DNA of 64,000 nucleotides from a virus. The notes beneath the pieces are model-generated. The model saw only the letters and a program-made list of their open reading frames with translations. It was not told the origin of the DNA and did no database searches. Shown piece after piece: positions 24,420-34,696 of the stretch. The DNA is taken from the IMG/VR virus record IMGVR_UViG_3300004463_000262, positions 8,440-72,439 of that record. One strand, 5' to 3'. Numbering within the stretch: the stretch's first letter is position 1; every line of letters begins with the position of its first letter. The position numbers were made by a program, and so were the translations under genes.

Positions 24420-25669
24420 CTGAATCTGCAATGCTCAATATCGAGAATGAATTTGTCAACCATCTTCTAGATCAGACCGATCTAGAGTTCATCCTGCGTG
24501 AAGGTGTATCTCCAGAGCTACTCGTGTCGCCTCTTTCGAAGAGTATCTACAATTTCGTTCAGCATCACTTCACAGAAACGGGCAAAACTCCCTCAAAGAA
24601 AGTGTTAGAGGCTGAGTTTTCTGCTTTCGCGTTTGAAGATCCAGAGACAACGGCGCATTATGTGGTTGATAAGCTTCGAGAGCGCTTCCAGAAGAACGAG
24701 GTTGGCAAGGTTCTAACCGATGTGGCTCAGGTGGCCGACAAAGATCCTTCTTTGGCCATGACAAAGCTGCGCGATAAAGTGTTCGAGATCGAGCGAACCA
24801 GTATGTCTCAGCGTCATATTTGGAAGCCGGGAGATCATCCTCTTTTCATCGAGAACTTGAAGCAGAAGATCCTCAAAGGGCATCATAAGGGTGTCTCGAC
24901 AGGGTTTCAGGACATTGATTACTTCACTGGTGGAGTGAAACCAGGGAATGTGGCTTATATCTTGGCTCGTATGAAGAGGCAGAAGACCTTCTTGACCTTG
25001 AATTCATTTATACAGCAAGTTTTGGATGATCAGGAGCCATATCTCTTTACTCTGGAGAACACGGCAGATGAGATCAACCTGCGATTGTCTTGTATGCTTT
25101 CTGGTGTATCGTGGGATCGTGCTCAGAAGGGTCACTTGACGGGTCAGGATTATAGAGAGATTACTAGGGCTTGGGAAAGTTTTGATCAGCACAAGTATTG
25201 GATTGAAATGCCCCCTCTTGATGAGCGCACTGTGAATCACTTCATAATGAAAGCCGATAAGGTAGATGCAGGCCCGGTTTTGATCTCACAGTTTAAGTAC
25301 ATCAGAGGCACAAAGGAATGGTATCGTCATGAGTTTGAAGAGAATGCAGAGGTAGCAGTGGATATCAAGAGGGCAGCTATCCGTCCAGGAAACGAGCGCC
25401 CGATCATTGTGGAGGCTCAGTTTAACAGAGGCGGCGATTCAATGGAAGAATTGGAGGATTTCACTGGCTCTAAGGTAGGTTTGACTGACATGATTCCTCA
25501 GTCAGCAGACATTCTCTTTGGTATCTTTCAGAACAAAGACATGCGTTCGAACAACACGCTTGAATTTGGCATTCTAGAGAGTCGCAACACGGGCAAAGCT
25601 GCATGGTTTGTCACCTACGATTACATCAACAATACCCACATCACAATGCAGTCAGGAAGTCAACACTAA
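24401..25669 (+). CDS. DnaB-like replicative helicase (atypical Walker motifs)
   Basis: GVSTGFQDID…GGVKPG, FTLEN, AQFNR, IPQSAD. Confidence 0.8.
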   Translation: MQVDKMTESAMLNIENEFVNHLLDQTDLEFILREGVSPELLVSPLSKSIYNFVQHHFTETGKTPSKKVLEAEFSAFAFEDPETTAHYVVDKLRERFQKNEVGKVLTDVAQVADKDPSLAMTKLRDKVFEIERTSMSQRHIWKPGDHPLFIENLKQKILKGHHKGVSTGFQDIDYFTGGVKPGNVAYILARMKRQKTFLTLNSFIQQVLDDQEPYLFTLENTADEINLRLSCMLSGVSWDRAQKGHLTGQDYREITRAWESFDQHKYWIEMPPLDERTVNHFIMKADKVDAGPVLISQFKYIRGTKEWYRHEFEENAEVAVDIKRAAIRPGNERPIIVEAQFNRGGDSMEELEDFTGSKVGLTDMIPQSADILFGIFQNKDMRSNNTLEFGILESRNTGKAAWFVTYDYINNTHITMQSGSQH

Positions 25670-25854
25670 TGGCTCAGTATCGTCACCCAGAAGATCACTA
25701 TGAATGTACTTTGTGTGGGTGGACTGGCTATCCAGAGATCCCAGAGGGAGGATGGTGTCAGACTGAATCAATCATTTGCCCTGAGTGTGGAGAATATGAT
25801 GATGAACCTTGGGTACCAATTCCCGAGCCGGATCTAAGGGGTTACTTTTTATGA
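25669..25854 (+). CDS. small zinc-ribbon protein
   Basis: CTLCGWTG…CPECG; TAATG overlap. Confidence 0.6.
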   Translation: MAQYRHPEDHYECTLCGWTGYPEIPEGGWCQTESIICPECGEYDDEPWVPIPEPDLRGYFL

Positions 25855-25866
25855 CAAGTCAACACA

Positions 25867-26070
25867 ATGCGTAGAATACTTAGAACAGCAACGTATCGCA
25901 TTGGTCGTCAAACATTAGAAGTTGAGGACGGCCCGCTTTGTCCAGATTGTGGATTTAAGCATTCGGATACGGCACATGATCGTTACTTTCTGACAATTAG
26001 GAATCGTACCTATCGATCTGAAGTAGAGATCTCCAAGGAAAGAGCGGATTGGTATTTAGAGAACCTTTAA
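25867..26070 (+). CDS. hypothetical protein
   Basis: ATG ORF with CPDCG..H. Confidence 0.5.
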   Translation: MRRILRTATYRIGRQTLEVEDGPLCPDCGFKHSDTAHDRYFLTIRNRTYRSEVEISKERADWYLENL

Positions 26071-26093
26071 ATGTTTGATATTGGTGATAGAAA

Positions 26094-27257
26094 ATGATGA
26101 CACGTAAATTTAGACGTGGCATCAAAGTAGACGCTGTTGATTACAGTCATCTACGAGGCATTATAGACACTGAAGCTTTGCTTTCGGATCTTGGTGTGGA
26201 CTTTAGCTTTTGGCATAAGGAGCATCAAGCCATGTGTCACTGTCCAAACCTCTATGGTCTTCATGAGAATGGAGATCGTAATCCATCCTTTGGCTTCAAT
26301 GACGAGAAGCTCGCCTACAACTGTTTCACTTGTGGAGGCGGCAATGTAATTGAGCTAGTTCAGATGATGAAGCCTGAATACGCTCGTAGATTCAAGGGCG
26401 ACACACAGAAGGATCAAGAGGCAATCACCTATCTAGAGCAGTTCGCAGATTTCAATCAACAGAGTGGCATTGCAGCTAAGGTCAGTGAGATCCTGCATGC
26501 TAAAGAAGAGAAACCAATGCCGTTGCCTGACTATCCTGCCGATAGCCTGTTTCAGTATCACAAGATACATCCTTATCTCTATGAAAGAGGCTTGACTAAG
26601 GATGTGATTGTTGAGATGCAGGTTGGTTTCGATGATGAACATGGAGCTATTGTGATTCCTCATTTCTTTCAAAACAAACTGGTCGGAATTCAAAGACGGC
26701 ACCTTGCGCAGGACTCGAATGGTGACTTTATCTGCCCGAGATGTGAGCAGAATAAGAAGTCTGTTCCTAAATACTGGAATACACCCAACTTCCCTAAAGT
26801 CAACACACTTTATGGCTACGATCATATGAAGCAGGCGCTTGTGGAAGAGGATGGTCGTTCGGTGATCGTGGTTGAGTCGCCTTTCTCCGCGCTCAAGTTG
26901 AAGTCTCTTGGTTTCAATCGAGTTGTTGCGACTTTCGGGCAGTTCAGTAGAGAGCAAGGCATGTTGTTGATCGCTATTCCGACGATACTCTACTGGCCGG
27001 ACAACGATTATGCTGGTCATCAGAATACGTGGCGCACAATCTCTAGTTTGGGACAATATACAACGGTTAAGATTGTCCCCGTGTTGCCTAAATTGAAGGG
27101 AGATCCAGGGGACTTAGAGACTTCAGATGAGGTTCTAAAGTACCTGCAAAATGCCTATTCTGCTTCGCTTTTTCCGTTATATTCAGCCGAAAAACTAGCA
27201 ACATTGGAGGCTGTAGCGAACACTAATCAGAGTAGGTCTACTACGTCGAGGGATTAA
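26094..27257 (+). CDS. DnaG-like DNA primase
   Basis: CHC2 zinc finger (CP…H…CFTCGGG), TOPRIM VVES and PDND. Confidence 0.88.
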   Translation: MMTRKFRRGIKVDAVDYSHLRGIIDTEALLSDLGVDFSFWHKEHQAMCHCPNLYGLHENGDRNPSFGFNDEKLAYNCFTCGGGNVIELVQMMKPEYARRFKGDTQKDQEAITYLEQFADFNQQSGIAAKVSEILHAKEEKPMPLPDYPADSLFQYHKIHPYLYERGLTKDVIVEMQVGFDDEHGAIVIPHFFQNKLVGIQRRHLAQDSNGDFICPRCEQNKKSVPKYWNTPNFPKVNTLYGYDHMKQALVEEDGRSVIVVESPFSALKLKSLGFNRVVATFGQFSREQGMLLIAIPTILYWPDNDYAGHQNTWRTISSLGQYTTVKIVPVLPKLKGDPGDLETSDEVLKYLQNAYSASLFPLYSAEKLATLEAVANTNQSRSTTSRD

Positions 27258-27258
27258 A

Positions 27259-27453
27259 ATGGGAATGCAAAAATTTGGTGATGTCGAGAAGATCGAGGTA
27301 CTTCAGGGCAAAGAAGCACAAGTGTTGAACAAGCACATGAGCAAGCTGGGCAAGTACAAGGTCAGTGACTTTTCGAAGGATGAAAAGGAAGCACTCGCCG
27401 CAGAATTAGAATCTGTCCGTCCGAAAGAAGAAGAGACGGAAGATGGCTCCTAA
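27259..27453 (+). CDS. hypothetical protein
   Basis: ATG ORF, coding-like composition. Confidence 0.55.
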   Translation: MGMQKFGDVEKIEVLQGKEAQVLNKHMSKLGKYKVSDFSKDEKEALAAELESVRPKEEETEDGS

Positions 27454-27690
27454 CCCATTAGCGGTTTGGGCCGCTGATCATGGATTTGATCCGATGGATA
27501 GTGATCAGCAGACAGAGCTAGCTTGGGCGCTGCTTGCAGCAGTCATGGAGCTAGAACACAAGCTTGAAGATTGTCGATTAGAGATGGATCTGATGGCTCG
27601 TATGGATAGCAACGAATAAGTAGTTGTTATAGTTGACAATAATAGAGTCAATGCTATAATAGAGGGATTTTCGATAGAGTAATAGGTGTT

Positions 27691-28116
27691 ATGATACAAC
27701 ATGGAAAAGCTAGCACCTATTCAAATCGGAAATGTCGTTGTGATGAGTGTCGAGAAGCGTGGAGAATCTATCAAGGTGCGAGGATGAAAGCTAATCCTCA
27801 ATATAGGATAGCTAAGCGTAAAAGGAGGAAGGCATATTTTGGAAAATCCCCGGAAGAATATCAAGAGTACATAGCCGCTTGGCGCAGGCAGAGGATAAAG
27901 GAGAATCAAGAATTCTTGCGGGAGTATAAAGAGAGTAAGCCATGTAAGGATTGCGGGAATTTCTATCCCGCAAGAGCTATGGACTTTCATCATCGAAATA
28001 TCGAAGAGAAGAAATATGCAGTGAGTGGAATGTTACATCATTCGAGAGCAAAAATAGAAGAAGAAATAGCAAAATGTGATCTACTTTGTGCGGTGCATCA
28101 TAGATTAAGGCATTAA
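27691..28116 (+). CDS. HNH endonuclease (same family as the tRNA-array copies)
   Basis: HG..TY…CRC..C, CKDCG, MDFHH, CDLLCAVHHR; own TTGACA/TATAAT promoter 27633-27660. Confidence 0.8.
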   Translation: MIQHGKASTYSNRKCRCDECREAWRIYQGARMKANPQYRIAKRKRRKAYFGKSPEEYQEYIAAWRRQRIKENQEFLREYKESKPCKDCGNFYPARAMDFHHRNIEEKKYAVSGMLHHSRAKIEEEIAKCDLLCAVHHRLRH

Positions 28117-28122
28117 TGTTAC

Positions 28123-28151
28123 TTGACATCTAGATCATAAGGTGCTATCAT
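28123..28151 (+). promoter_or_regulatory. sigma70-type promoter
   Basis: TTGACA-17-TATCAT. Confidence 0.75.
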
Positions 28152-28184
28152 AGACAAGTAAACTCAATAGGAGATACATATTAG

Positions 28185-28997
28185 ATGAGCACACGAACGT
28201 ACCGTCGCGGTACTGAAGTAATCAAGGAATTAGGAGAAAGAAAGAAGGGTGGAAGTAGGTTTACTCCAAATATCTACTGGAAGCCTGGGGATGTGCGAAC
28301 GGTTGCCTTCCTTACAGAGGCCAGTGAGATTCCAACTGTATTGATGCATCAGATGGTGAAGGTACCGGATGATAATTTCGATTCCGGGTTCCGCTATGAG
28401 AACATCATCTGCAAGCGCGACCCATCGATGATCGATGAGTTTAGTGGACGCTGTGAGCTTTGTGAGAACGTGAAGGTTGATCCCACAGAGCGCCAGATTG
28501 CTCTTGCTGTTGAGCTTGAGCCGGTTAGAGAAGGAAAGCGGGTTACTAGCTTGAAGGTCAAGACGAACCGCGTGAAGAATCGTGAAGGTGTCGAGCAGGA
28601 TTATCCTCAGTGGGGATTGATCATGCAGGCGTCCTCTAACTTCTTCTCGTACTTTGCTAACTACAGTGATACCAACGGAGATATCCGCGAGGTAGCCTGG
28701 GAGATTCAGCGCGAGGGTGGTTCGACTGATACCAAGTATCATCCGTTCCTCGTAATGAATGGTTCTAGCGCTGTCCCTCTACCCGATCTCTCTGAGATCG
28801 TAGAGAACATTCCAACGCTTGATGATCTACTTGAAAAGATGGCTTCTGAAGAGAAGTATGCAGAGGTAGCTGACCTCGATCCTAACTCTCAGCCCTCATG
28901 GGGTGGGAAGAAGAAGGTTGAGTCGGGTAATGTCCCCTCTGGCGACAGAGCTACCGAGTTTGAGAAGATCAAGCAGGAAACGATCAACGCATACTAA
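28185..28997 (+). CDS. single-stranded DNA-binding protein (gp32-like)
   Basis: H…C…CELC zinc site, REGGSTDTKY, position among replication genes. Confidence 0.65.
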   Translation: MSTRTYRRGTEVIKELGERKKGGSRFTPNIYWKPGDVRTVAFLTEASEIPTVLMHQMVKVPDDNFDSGFRYENIICKRDPSMIDEFSGRCELCENVKVDPTERQIALAVELEPVREGKRVTSLKVKTNRVKNREGVEQDYPQWGLIMQASSNFFSYFANYSDTNGDIREVAWEIQREGGSTDTKYHPFLVMNGSSAVPLPDLSEIVENIPTLDDLLEKMASEEKYAEVADLDPNSQPSWGGKKKVESGNVPSGDRATEFEKIKQETINAY

Positions 28998-29588
28998 GTG
29001 ATCACTGTCATCACTGACGGTTCCGCCTGCAATAAGTCGAAAAAGGGTGGTTGGGCAGCCATTGTGCGCAATTCAACCACCCTGATCGAGCTAACAGGTT
29101 GGGCCGAAGATACTACTTCGAATAGGATGGAATTGACAGCGGCAGTTGAAGCGCTTAGAGCCATCCCTGTCCCCTCTGAGATCACTGTAGTTACTGACTC
29201 AGCTTACTTGCGAAACACGATGATACGCAAGTGGTATGAGCGATGGTTCACAGAGGAACGAAGCAAGCCTCGGCCCAATCTTGATCTTTGGGAAGCACTA
29301 GCTGGTCTTGCAAGTTTTCATACCATCACGTGGGTGAAGGTGAAGGGTCACTCTGGAGATTATTGGAATACCCGAGTGGATCACTTGGCTTCGTGGGCAC
29401 GAACAGATAAGAAAGAGATGAGCAATGAGATCATCTTGGATGATTTTCAGTGCTCGACCCTGAATACTGAGTTTTGGCGAGACACACAATTTGTAAAGCG
29501 ATGTGGGCTTTATGCTAATCATGTCGGGAAATGTGATTTTCGTGGACAGCCAGCAATCAAGGATATAGATGCCGACTCCATTACATAA
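28998..29588 (+). CDS. rnhA: ribonuclease HI
   Basis: TDGSA, TSNRMELTA, TDSAY, VKGHSG..N..VD. Confidence 0.9.
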   Translation: MITVITDGSACNKSKKGGWAAIVRNSTTLIELTGWAEDTTSNRMELTAAVEALRAIPVPSEITVVTDSAYLRNTMIRKWYERWFTEERSKPRPNLDLWEALAGLASFHTITWVKVKGHSGDYWNTRVDHLASWARTDKKEMSNEIILDDFQCSTLNTEFWRDTQFVKRCGLYANHVGKCDFRGQPAIKDIDADSIT

Positions 29589-32500
29589 TCATACGCATGC
29601 CTCTGCGCTCGATGGTCTGGCTAAGCCAGAAGAAATCGTGCAGCGCTGCACTGAATGTGATTTTGGTGCGGTGGGTATCACTGATCACGATGTAGTGGCT
29701 GGTCATGTAGAGTTCTATAAAGAGGTATCCAAGTCAGAGATTAAGCCTATCCTGGGTATTGAGACATATCAGACGATTGAAAGTCGTTACCAGAACTACG
29801 GTGGTCTGAGCAAGCGCACTGATGAGGGTGAGAAGGAGAGGATTGATAACTTTCATCTCATCTTGATCGCTATGAATAACACGGGGTTGCGCAACCTGTG
29901 GACTATGAATTCTGAGGCTCATTGTACAGGGTTCTACTACAATGGCCGAGTTGATTGGGATCTCTTAGAGCGATACAATGAGGGTATCCTCTGTACCTCA
30001 GCTTGCGGGCTTGGTATGCTCTCTCAGGCGTTACGAAATAACTCAAATTTGCCCGATGTTCATGATCTGGTGGCACGATACCAGAACATCTTTGGAGATC
30101 GCTTTTACATAGAACTTTCTACGTATTCTGAGGCGTGGCAACGTGATATGAACTACCAGCTATCAAAATTGGCGGCTGATTATGGCATTCCAGTGGTTTA
30201 TGCCAATGATGCACACTATGCTTTCTCTGGTCAATACGATTTGCATGAGACATTGCTCTGCATGCAGTATCAGGAGAAGAGATCGCAACTAGCTGAGCCA
30301 CATCATACTCCTGACCTTTACATCATGAGTGAGAAAGAGATCAACGACTCCTTTTACTATCTCCCGCAGGCAGTCGTTGACGAGGCAATTGATAACACTG
30401 ATGAGATTGCCTCGATGTGCTCTGTGACTATGCCAGAGCATCGAATGCATGTCCCGACTTTTGTTCCCGAAAGCAAGTGGGCTACGAGCCGGGACATGCT
30501 CTTTGATCTTGCGGTGGAAGGGTATGAAAAGAAGATTGCCGCACGTGGATTGCCGGACGATGTGTATATGGAACGTTTCAAGATGGAGATGGCTGTTATT
30601 ACGCAGGCTAATTTGACTGATTACCTCTTGATGGTGCGGGATTTCATCATATGGGCCAAAGAAGAGAAAGAGATTCTCGTTGGCCCCGGTCGTGGTTCTA
30701 TCGGTGGTTCCTTGATTGCTTATCTGATTGGAATCCATGAACTAGATCCGATCCGTTATGGTCTGATCTTTGAGCGCTTCTATAACATCGGTCGTGAGTC
30801 AAGTCTTCCTGATATTGATGTCGATTTCCCGACGTGGGCAAGAGAATTGATCAAGGAGTATCTGATCAAGAAATATGGCGAAGAGCATTGCGCTGATATT
30901 GGAACTATTTCGTCCTTCCAGGGGCGCAATGCCATCCAGAAGCTAGGTGTGGCTATGGAGATTCCGTACCCAGATGTACGAGCTATTTCTAATATCATCG
31001 AGAAAGCTATCGAGTCTGGCCAGCAGCCAAAGTGGAAGGATATCTATCTCAAAGGTGGAGAAACTCTTCAAGCTTACAAGCGTAGGTATCCTAAGCTGTT
31101 TGAGTATGCCGAGACACTTTTCGAACGTACTTCTAACTATGGTGTTCATGCCTCTGGATTTGTCATCGCTGACGTTCCGTTGAACGAGAACTTTCCGGTT
31201 CGCTGGAATACCAAGGAGAAGAAGCCTGTAACGCAGTGGGACATGCGTGTGGCTGAGGATCTCGGTTACATGAAGATGGATATTCTTGGGTTGCGTAACC
31301 TCGATACTCTGATGGAGTACAACAAGATCCTGAAAGATCAGGGCAAGGAGCAAGTTGATTTCTATGATGTGCTCCGCATGGATGAGGATGGGGAGTTACC
31401 TGAAGAGATGTGGGAGATGTTAGATAACGGTAGAACTGTTGGTGTATTTCAGATTGAGGATGCGGCTTATGTTAAGAGGATTACAAAGAAGATCAAGCCC
31501 AGGAATCTAGAAGAGTTGGCCTTGATCACAGCGCTTAACCGACCTGGGCCGATGAAGTCTGGTGCAGGCGACCGATACATCAAGGCTCGTCATGGAGAAC
31601 CAACCAAGCCTCCGCACCCTATCTTTCTTGATGTCGCCCCCGAATCTCATGGAGAGATCGTATATCAGGAGCAGTTTATTAGGTTCTTTGAAGCGCTTGG
31701 TTACGATCCTAAGGAAGCTGATGGTATCCGTGCCATTGTGGGCAAGAAGAAGCGAGATGCGATGGCTAAGATCAAGCCGGATTACATCGAGCGTTTTAAG
31801 AAGATGGATTGGGGCTTTCAAGTTGAAGGGAGAGAACACCTTGCCGAAACGAAGACCATGGATATGTTTGTCCGTGCGATCATCGAGAAAGTCTGGGAGG
31901 ATCTTGAAGCTTTTGCTGATTATGCCTTTAACAAGGCCCATTCTGTCGAGTATGGATTGATCTCTTTGTGGACTCTCTATGCTAAGTGGCTTAATCCAGT
32001 TGAGTACTATCTTGCTTCTATCCGCACACTCGTGGCTGAAGGAAAGAAGGGTGAAGTCCCCCGTTATGTGCGCGAGGCGCGTACACTGGACATCCCTGTG
32101 TTACCGGTAGATATGAACCGCTCTAAGGCAGAGACTTCCATTGAGCATGGCGGCATTCGTTATGGTTTTCGTGATATCAAGGGGATTGGGGCTGGTGTTG
32201 CACGATGGCTAATTGAACATAGGCCCTACACCGATCTGGATGAGATCATTGAGAAAGCAGAAGAGCCAGACAACAAGATCATGCTCAAAAATGGAGTCAT
32301 GACCATGGCTGTAAATCGTGGCCATGTTGAGAAGCTTCGACGCCTTGTAGAAACAGATGGCGACGAACTTTTAGAAGCCGAGGAAGAACTGTTAGGGTAT
32401 GCTTTGTCTGATACCTCTGCTAACATCCTGGATGATTATCAGGATGAGATCTCACAAGAGTGTGAGCCATTCTCTGAGTTGGACAAGATTGGTGTTCATA

Positions 32501-32739
32501 CCATTGCAGGCATCATCACTAACATCAAAGAGACTAAGACCAAGGCGGGGAAACCTATGGCCTGGGTTACTATTGAAAGTGATGGTGAGTCTGCTGATTT
32601 TACTGTCTGGGATTCAGAGTTGACAAGACTTGCATTCATTTGGCGTAGACGACAAGCCGTGATAGCCAGAGTAAAGGTTAATGAAAGGGGGATGAATATT
32701 ATCGGCGCAAAAGTATTGAATTCAAAACAAACTGTTTAA
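29569..32739 (+). CDS. dnaE: DNA polymerase III alpha subunit
   Basis: LHNHT..S.LDG PHP domain, GPGRGS, PDIDVDF, KMDILGL, YAFNKAH. Confidence 0.95.
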   Translation: MPTPLHNHTHASALDGLAKPEEIVQRCTECDFGAVGITDHDVVAGHVEFYKEVSKSEIKPILGIETYQTIESRYQNYGGLSKRTDEGEKERIDNFHLILIAMNNTGLRNLWTMNSEAHCTGFYYNGRVDWDLLERYNEGILCTSACGLGMLSQALRNNSNLPDVHDLVARYQNIFGDRFYIELSTYSEAWQRDMNYQLSKLAADYGIPVVYANDAHYAFSGQYDLHETLLCMQYQEKRSQLAEPHHTPDLYIMSEKEINDSFYYLPQAVVDEAIDNTDEIASMCSVTMPEHRMHVPTFVPESKWATSRDMLFDLAVEGYEKKIAARGLPDDVYMERFKMEMAVITQANLTDYLLMVRDFIIWAKEEKEILVGPGRGSIGGSLIAYLIGIHELDPIRYGLIFERFYNIGRESSLPDIDVDFPTWARELIKEYLIKKYGEEHCADIGTISSFQGRNAIQKLGVAMEIPYPDVRAISNIIEKAIESGQQPKWKDIYLKGGETLQAYKRRYPKLFEYAETLFERTSNYGVHASGFVIADVPLNENFPVRWNTKEKKPVTQWDMRVAEDLGYMKMDILGLRNLDTLMEYNKILKDQGKEQVDFYDVLRMDEDGELPEEMWEMLDNGRTVGVFQIEDAAYVKRITKKIKPRNLEELALITALNRPGPMKSGAGDRYIKARHGEPTKPPHPIFLDVAPESHGEIVYQEQFIRFFEALGYDPKEADGIRAIVGKKKRDAMAKIKPDYIERFKKMDWGFQVEGREHLAETKTMDMFVRAIIEKVWEDLEAFADYAFNKAHSVEYGLISLWTLYAKWLNPVEYYLASIRTLVAEGKKGEVPRYVREARTLDIPVLPVDMNRSKAETSIEHGGIRYGFRDIKGIGAGVARWLIEHRPYTDLDEIIEKAEEPDNKIMLKNGVMTMAVNRGHVEKLRRLVETDGDELLEAEEELLGYALSDTSANILDDYQDEISQECEPFSELDKIGVHTIAGIITNIKETKTKAGKPMAWVTIESDGESADFTVWDSELTRLAFIWRRRQAVIARVKVNERGMNIIGAKVLNSKQTV

Positions 32740-32749
32740 CGAGAAGAAT

Positions 32750-33856
32750 ATGAGTGAACAAAAGAGAATAATTGACAAATTGTACGCCGAAATGAAGAAG
32801 GAATACGGCGACAGATACTTTCGAGCAAGTGAGGCACCGCCAGTGAAGGTTATTTCAACAGGAATTACCAGTCTAGATGTAGCTACCGGCGTGGGAGGTA
32901 TCCCACGTGGCACTTTAGTTGAAGTCTTTGGTCGCGAGTCTGTTGGTAAGACAGCGCTAGCTATCTATGCTATGGCTGAAGTCCATAAACAGAACGGTTT
33001 CACGGGGCTGATCAATCTTGAATCAGACATCACTAAAGAAGGTTGGCTAGAATGGGCAGAGTCTATTGCCCCGGAGGGTTGGGATTCAGATCGTTGTCAC
33101 ATTGTCAACCCACCTACCTCTGAGACAGCAATCAAGTTGTTCAGTAAGTGGGTGTCTAGCGGCGGGTTTGATATTGTGGTTTATGATTCTATTGGAGCTA
33201 TGTCAACTGAGAAGGAGTTGGAGATCGGAGAGAAGAAACAAGCTTATGGTCAGTCTGCTCTCGTAACACAGCTAATCAAACAGGCTGCGCACTATGCGTA
33301 TGAGAAGAAGTGTGTCCCGATTCTACTAAACCAAGTTAGAGATCAGGCAACTATGTATTCTCCTATCGAGAAAGCCCCTGGTGGTCATGCTAAGGATCAT
33401 TTCGCATCATTGCGTATTCATTTGAAGCCGAATTATCAAGAGTTCAAGAACAAGAAGATCAAAATGGATGACAAGGAGATCGCTCCAGGTTTTCGTGTGC
33501 AAGCTGAGATTGTGAAAAATAAGGTCGGTGCGCCACGTCGCTTTGCGGGATGGAACTACTGGAATTACCCATCACCCGATGGTGTAATCGGTATCGATAC
33601 CTTTCAGGATACCGTTGACGTTGCCCTACGACAAAATGTCTTCAGGGCATCGGGAACATGGTACTATCATGATGATTTCCCCGATGGGAAACTTCAGGGT
33701 GGACAGAAGGTGATTGACTTCTTGCGTATCAATCCTAGTCTAATGAAAGAGGTACGTCAGCAGCTAGTTATGCAGGCATACCATACTACGGGGAGTGTGA
33801 TGGATGACGAACCAGTGGAAGACAACGTTATCATTCATGATGGGGCCACTTCCTAA
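32750..33856 (+). CDS. recA: RecA-like recombinase
   Basis: GGIPRG..VEVFGRESVGKT, VYDSIGA, NQVR, KNKVG. Confidence 0.9.
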   Translation: MSEQKRIIDKLYAEMKKEYGDRYFRASEAPPVKVISTGITSLDVATGVGGIPRGTLVEVFGRESVGKTALAIYAMAEVHKQNGFTGLINLESDITKEGWLEWAESIAPEGWDSDRCHIVNPPTSETAIKLFSKWVSSGGFDIVVYDSIGAMSTEKELEIGEKKQAYGQSALVTQLIKQAAHYAYEKKCVPILLNQVRDQATMYSPIEKAPGGHAKDHFASLRIHLKPNYQEFKNKKIKMDDKEIAPGFRVQAEIVKNKVGAPRRFAGWNYWNYPSPDGVIGIDTFQDTVDVALRQNVFRASGTWYYHDDFPDGKLQGGQKVIDFLRINPSLMKEVRQQLVMQAYHTTGSVMDDEPVEDNVIIHDGATS

Positions 33857-34010
33857 CAAACCAATCAACGCTAATGGTCTATATGGATTGCCAATGGACG
33901 TGGCTATGTCTGATATTATCAGACAGATAAATACTACGCTTGATTCGCTTTCTGATAGGCTAAGAGCGCTGGAAGAAAGAATCGAACTCTTTGAGGATGA
34001 AAATGTCTAA
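33834..34010 (+). CDS. small coiled-coil protein
   Basis: Overlapping ORF; start uncertain. Confidence 0.45.
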   Translation, partial: FMMGPLPNKPINANGLYGLPMDVAMSDIIRQINTTLDSLSDRLRALEERIELFEDENV

Positions 34011-34347
34011 GACAACTAGTACTACAACAGCAATTAATGAGATTAAAACTACTATAAAGGACTTGCAGAATTCATTGGGAAGTTCCTCTACGAATTATTG
34101 GACAACAACAACAGTGGGTGGTAATATAGCTCCCTCTTATCCAAGGAACAGAACCACTCCTTACACAAGTCCACCACAGCCACCACAACCATATGTAAAT
34201 ACACCATTTCAGCAACAGATACAATTTGATGATCCACGAGTAGATGGATTGCTTGAGAGGATTGCAGCTTTGGAGGATGCGCTGAGTGACAAGTTGACTG
34301 CGGTGATGGAACGCCTAGAGATGATCGAGGACGAACTTGAGGGCTAA
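34003..34347 (+). CDS. Thr/Pro-rich hypothetical protein
   Basis: GAGG RBS before ATG. Confidence 0.55.
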   Translation: MSKTTSTTTAINEIKTTIKDLQNSLGSSSTNYWTTTTVGGNIAPSYPRNRTTPYTSPPQPPQPYVNTPFQQQIQFDDPRVDGLLERIAALEDALSDKLTAVMERLEMIEDELEG

Positions 34348-34696
34348 ATCTACTATGGGGATGGGCAAAAAGCACGAGGAAAGTGTCGTCAAGGAGTTTG
34401 AGTGGGCTTCAGCGTATCGTAGTAGGAGTTCTGGCGCCTCTTTTCATGCGCCTGTAGATGTAACGTGTGATGTTGCCGTGATTGAGTGTGAGGCTACCGA
34501 GGGACAGAGCTATAGTTTGAAGGAAAGCTTTTGGAATGAGGTAGTTGAGAAGCAGCATAGTGGGAAGATTCCTATGCTTGCTGTGCGCTTCGATAGAGCG
34601 GATCATAACGTTGATCTTGCCGTGGTTAGCCTAGATATGTTGTCAGGATTGCTGGCAGAAGTGGAAGAATATAGAGATGAGGCTCTTAGATCCTAG
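34337..34696 (+). CDS. PD-(D/E)XK Holliday junction resolvase-like protein
   Basis: HE..V, SSGA, D…IECEAT, YSLK..W. Confidence 0.6.
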   Translation: MRAKSTMGMGKKHEESVVKEFEWASAYRSRSSGASFHAPVDVTCDVAVIECEATEGQSYSLKESFWNEVVEKQHSGKIPMLAVRFDRADHNVDLAVVSLDMLSGLLAEVEEYRDEALRS

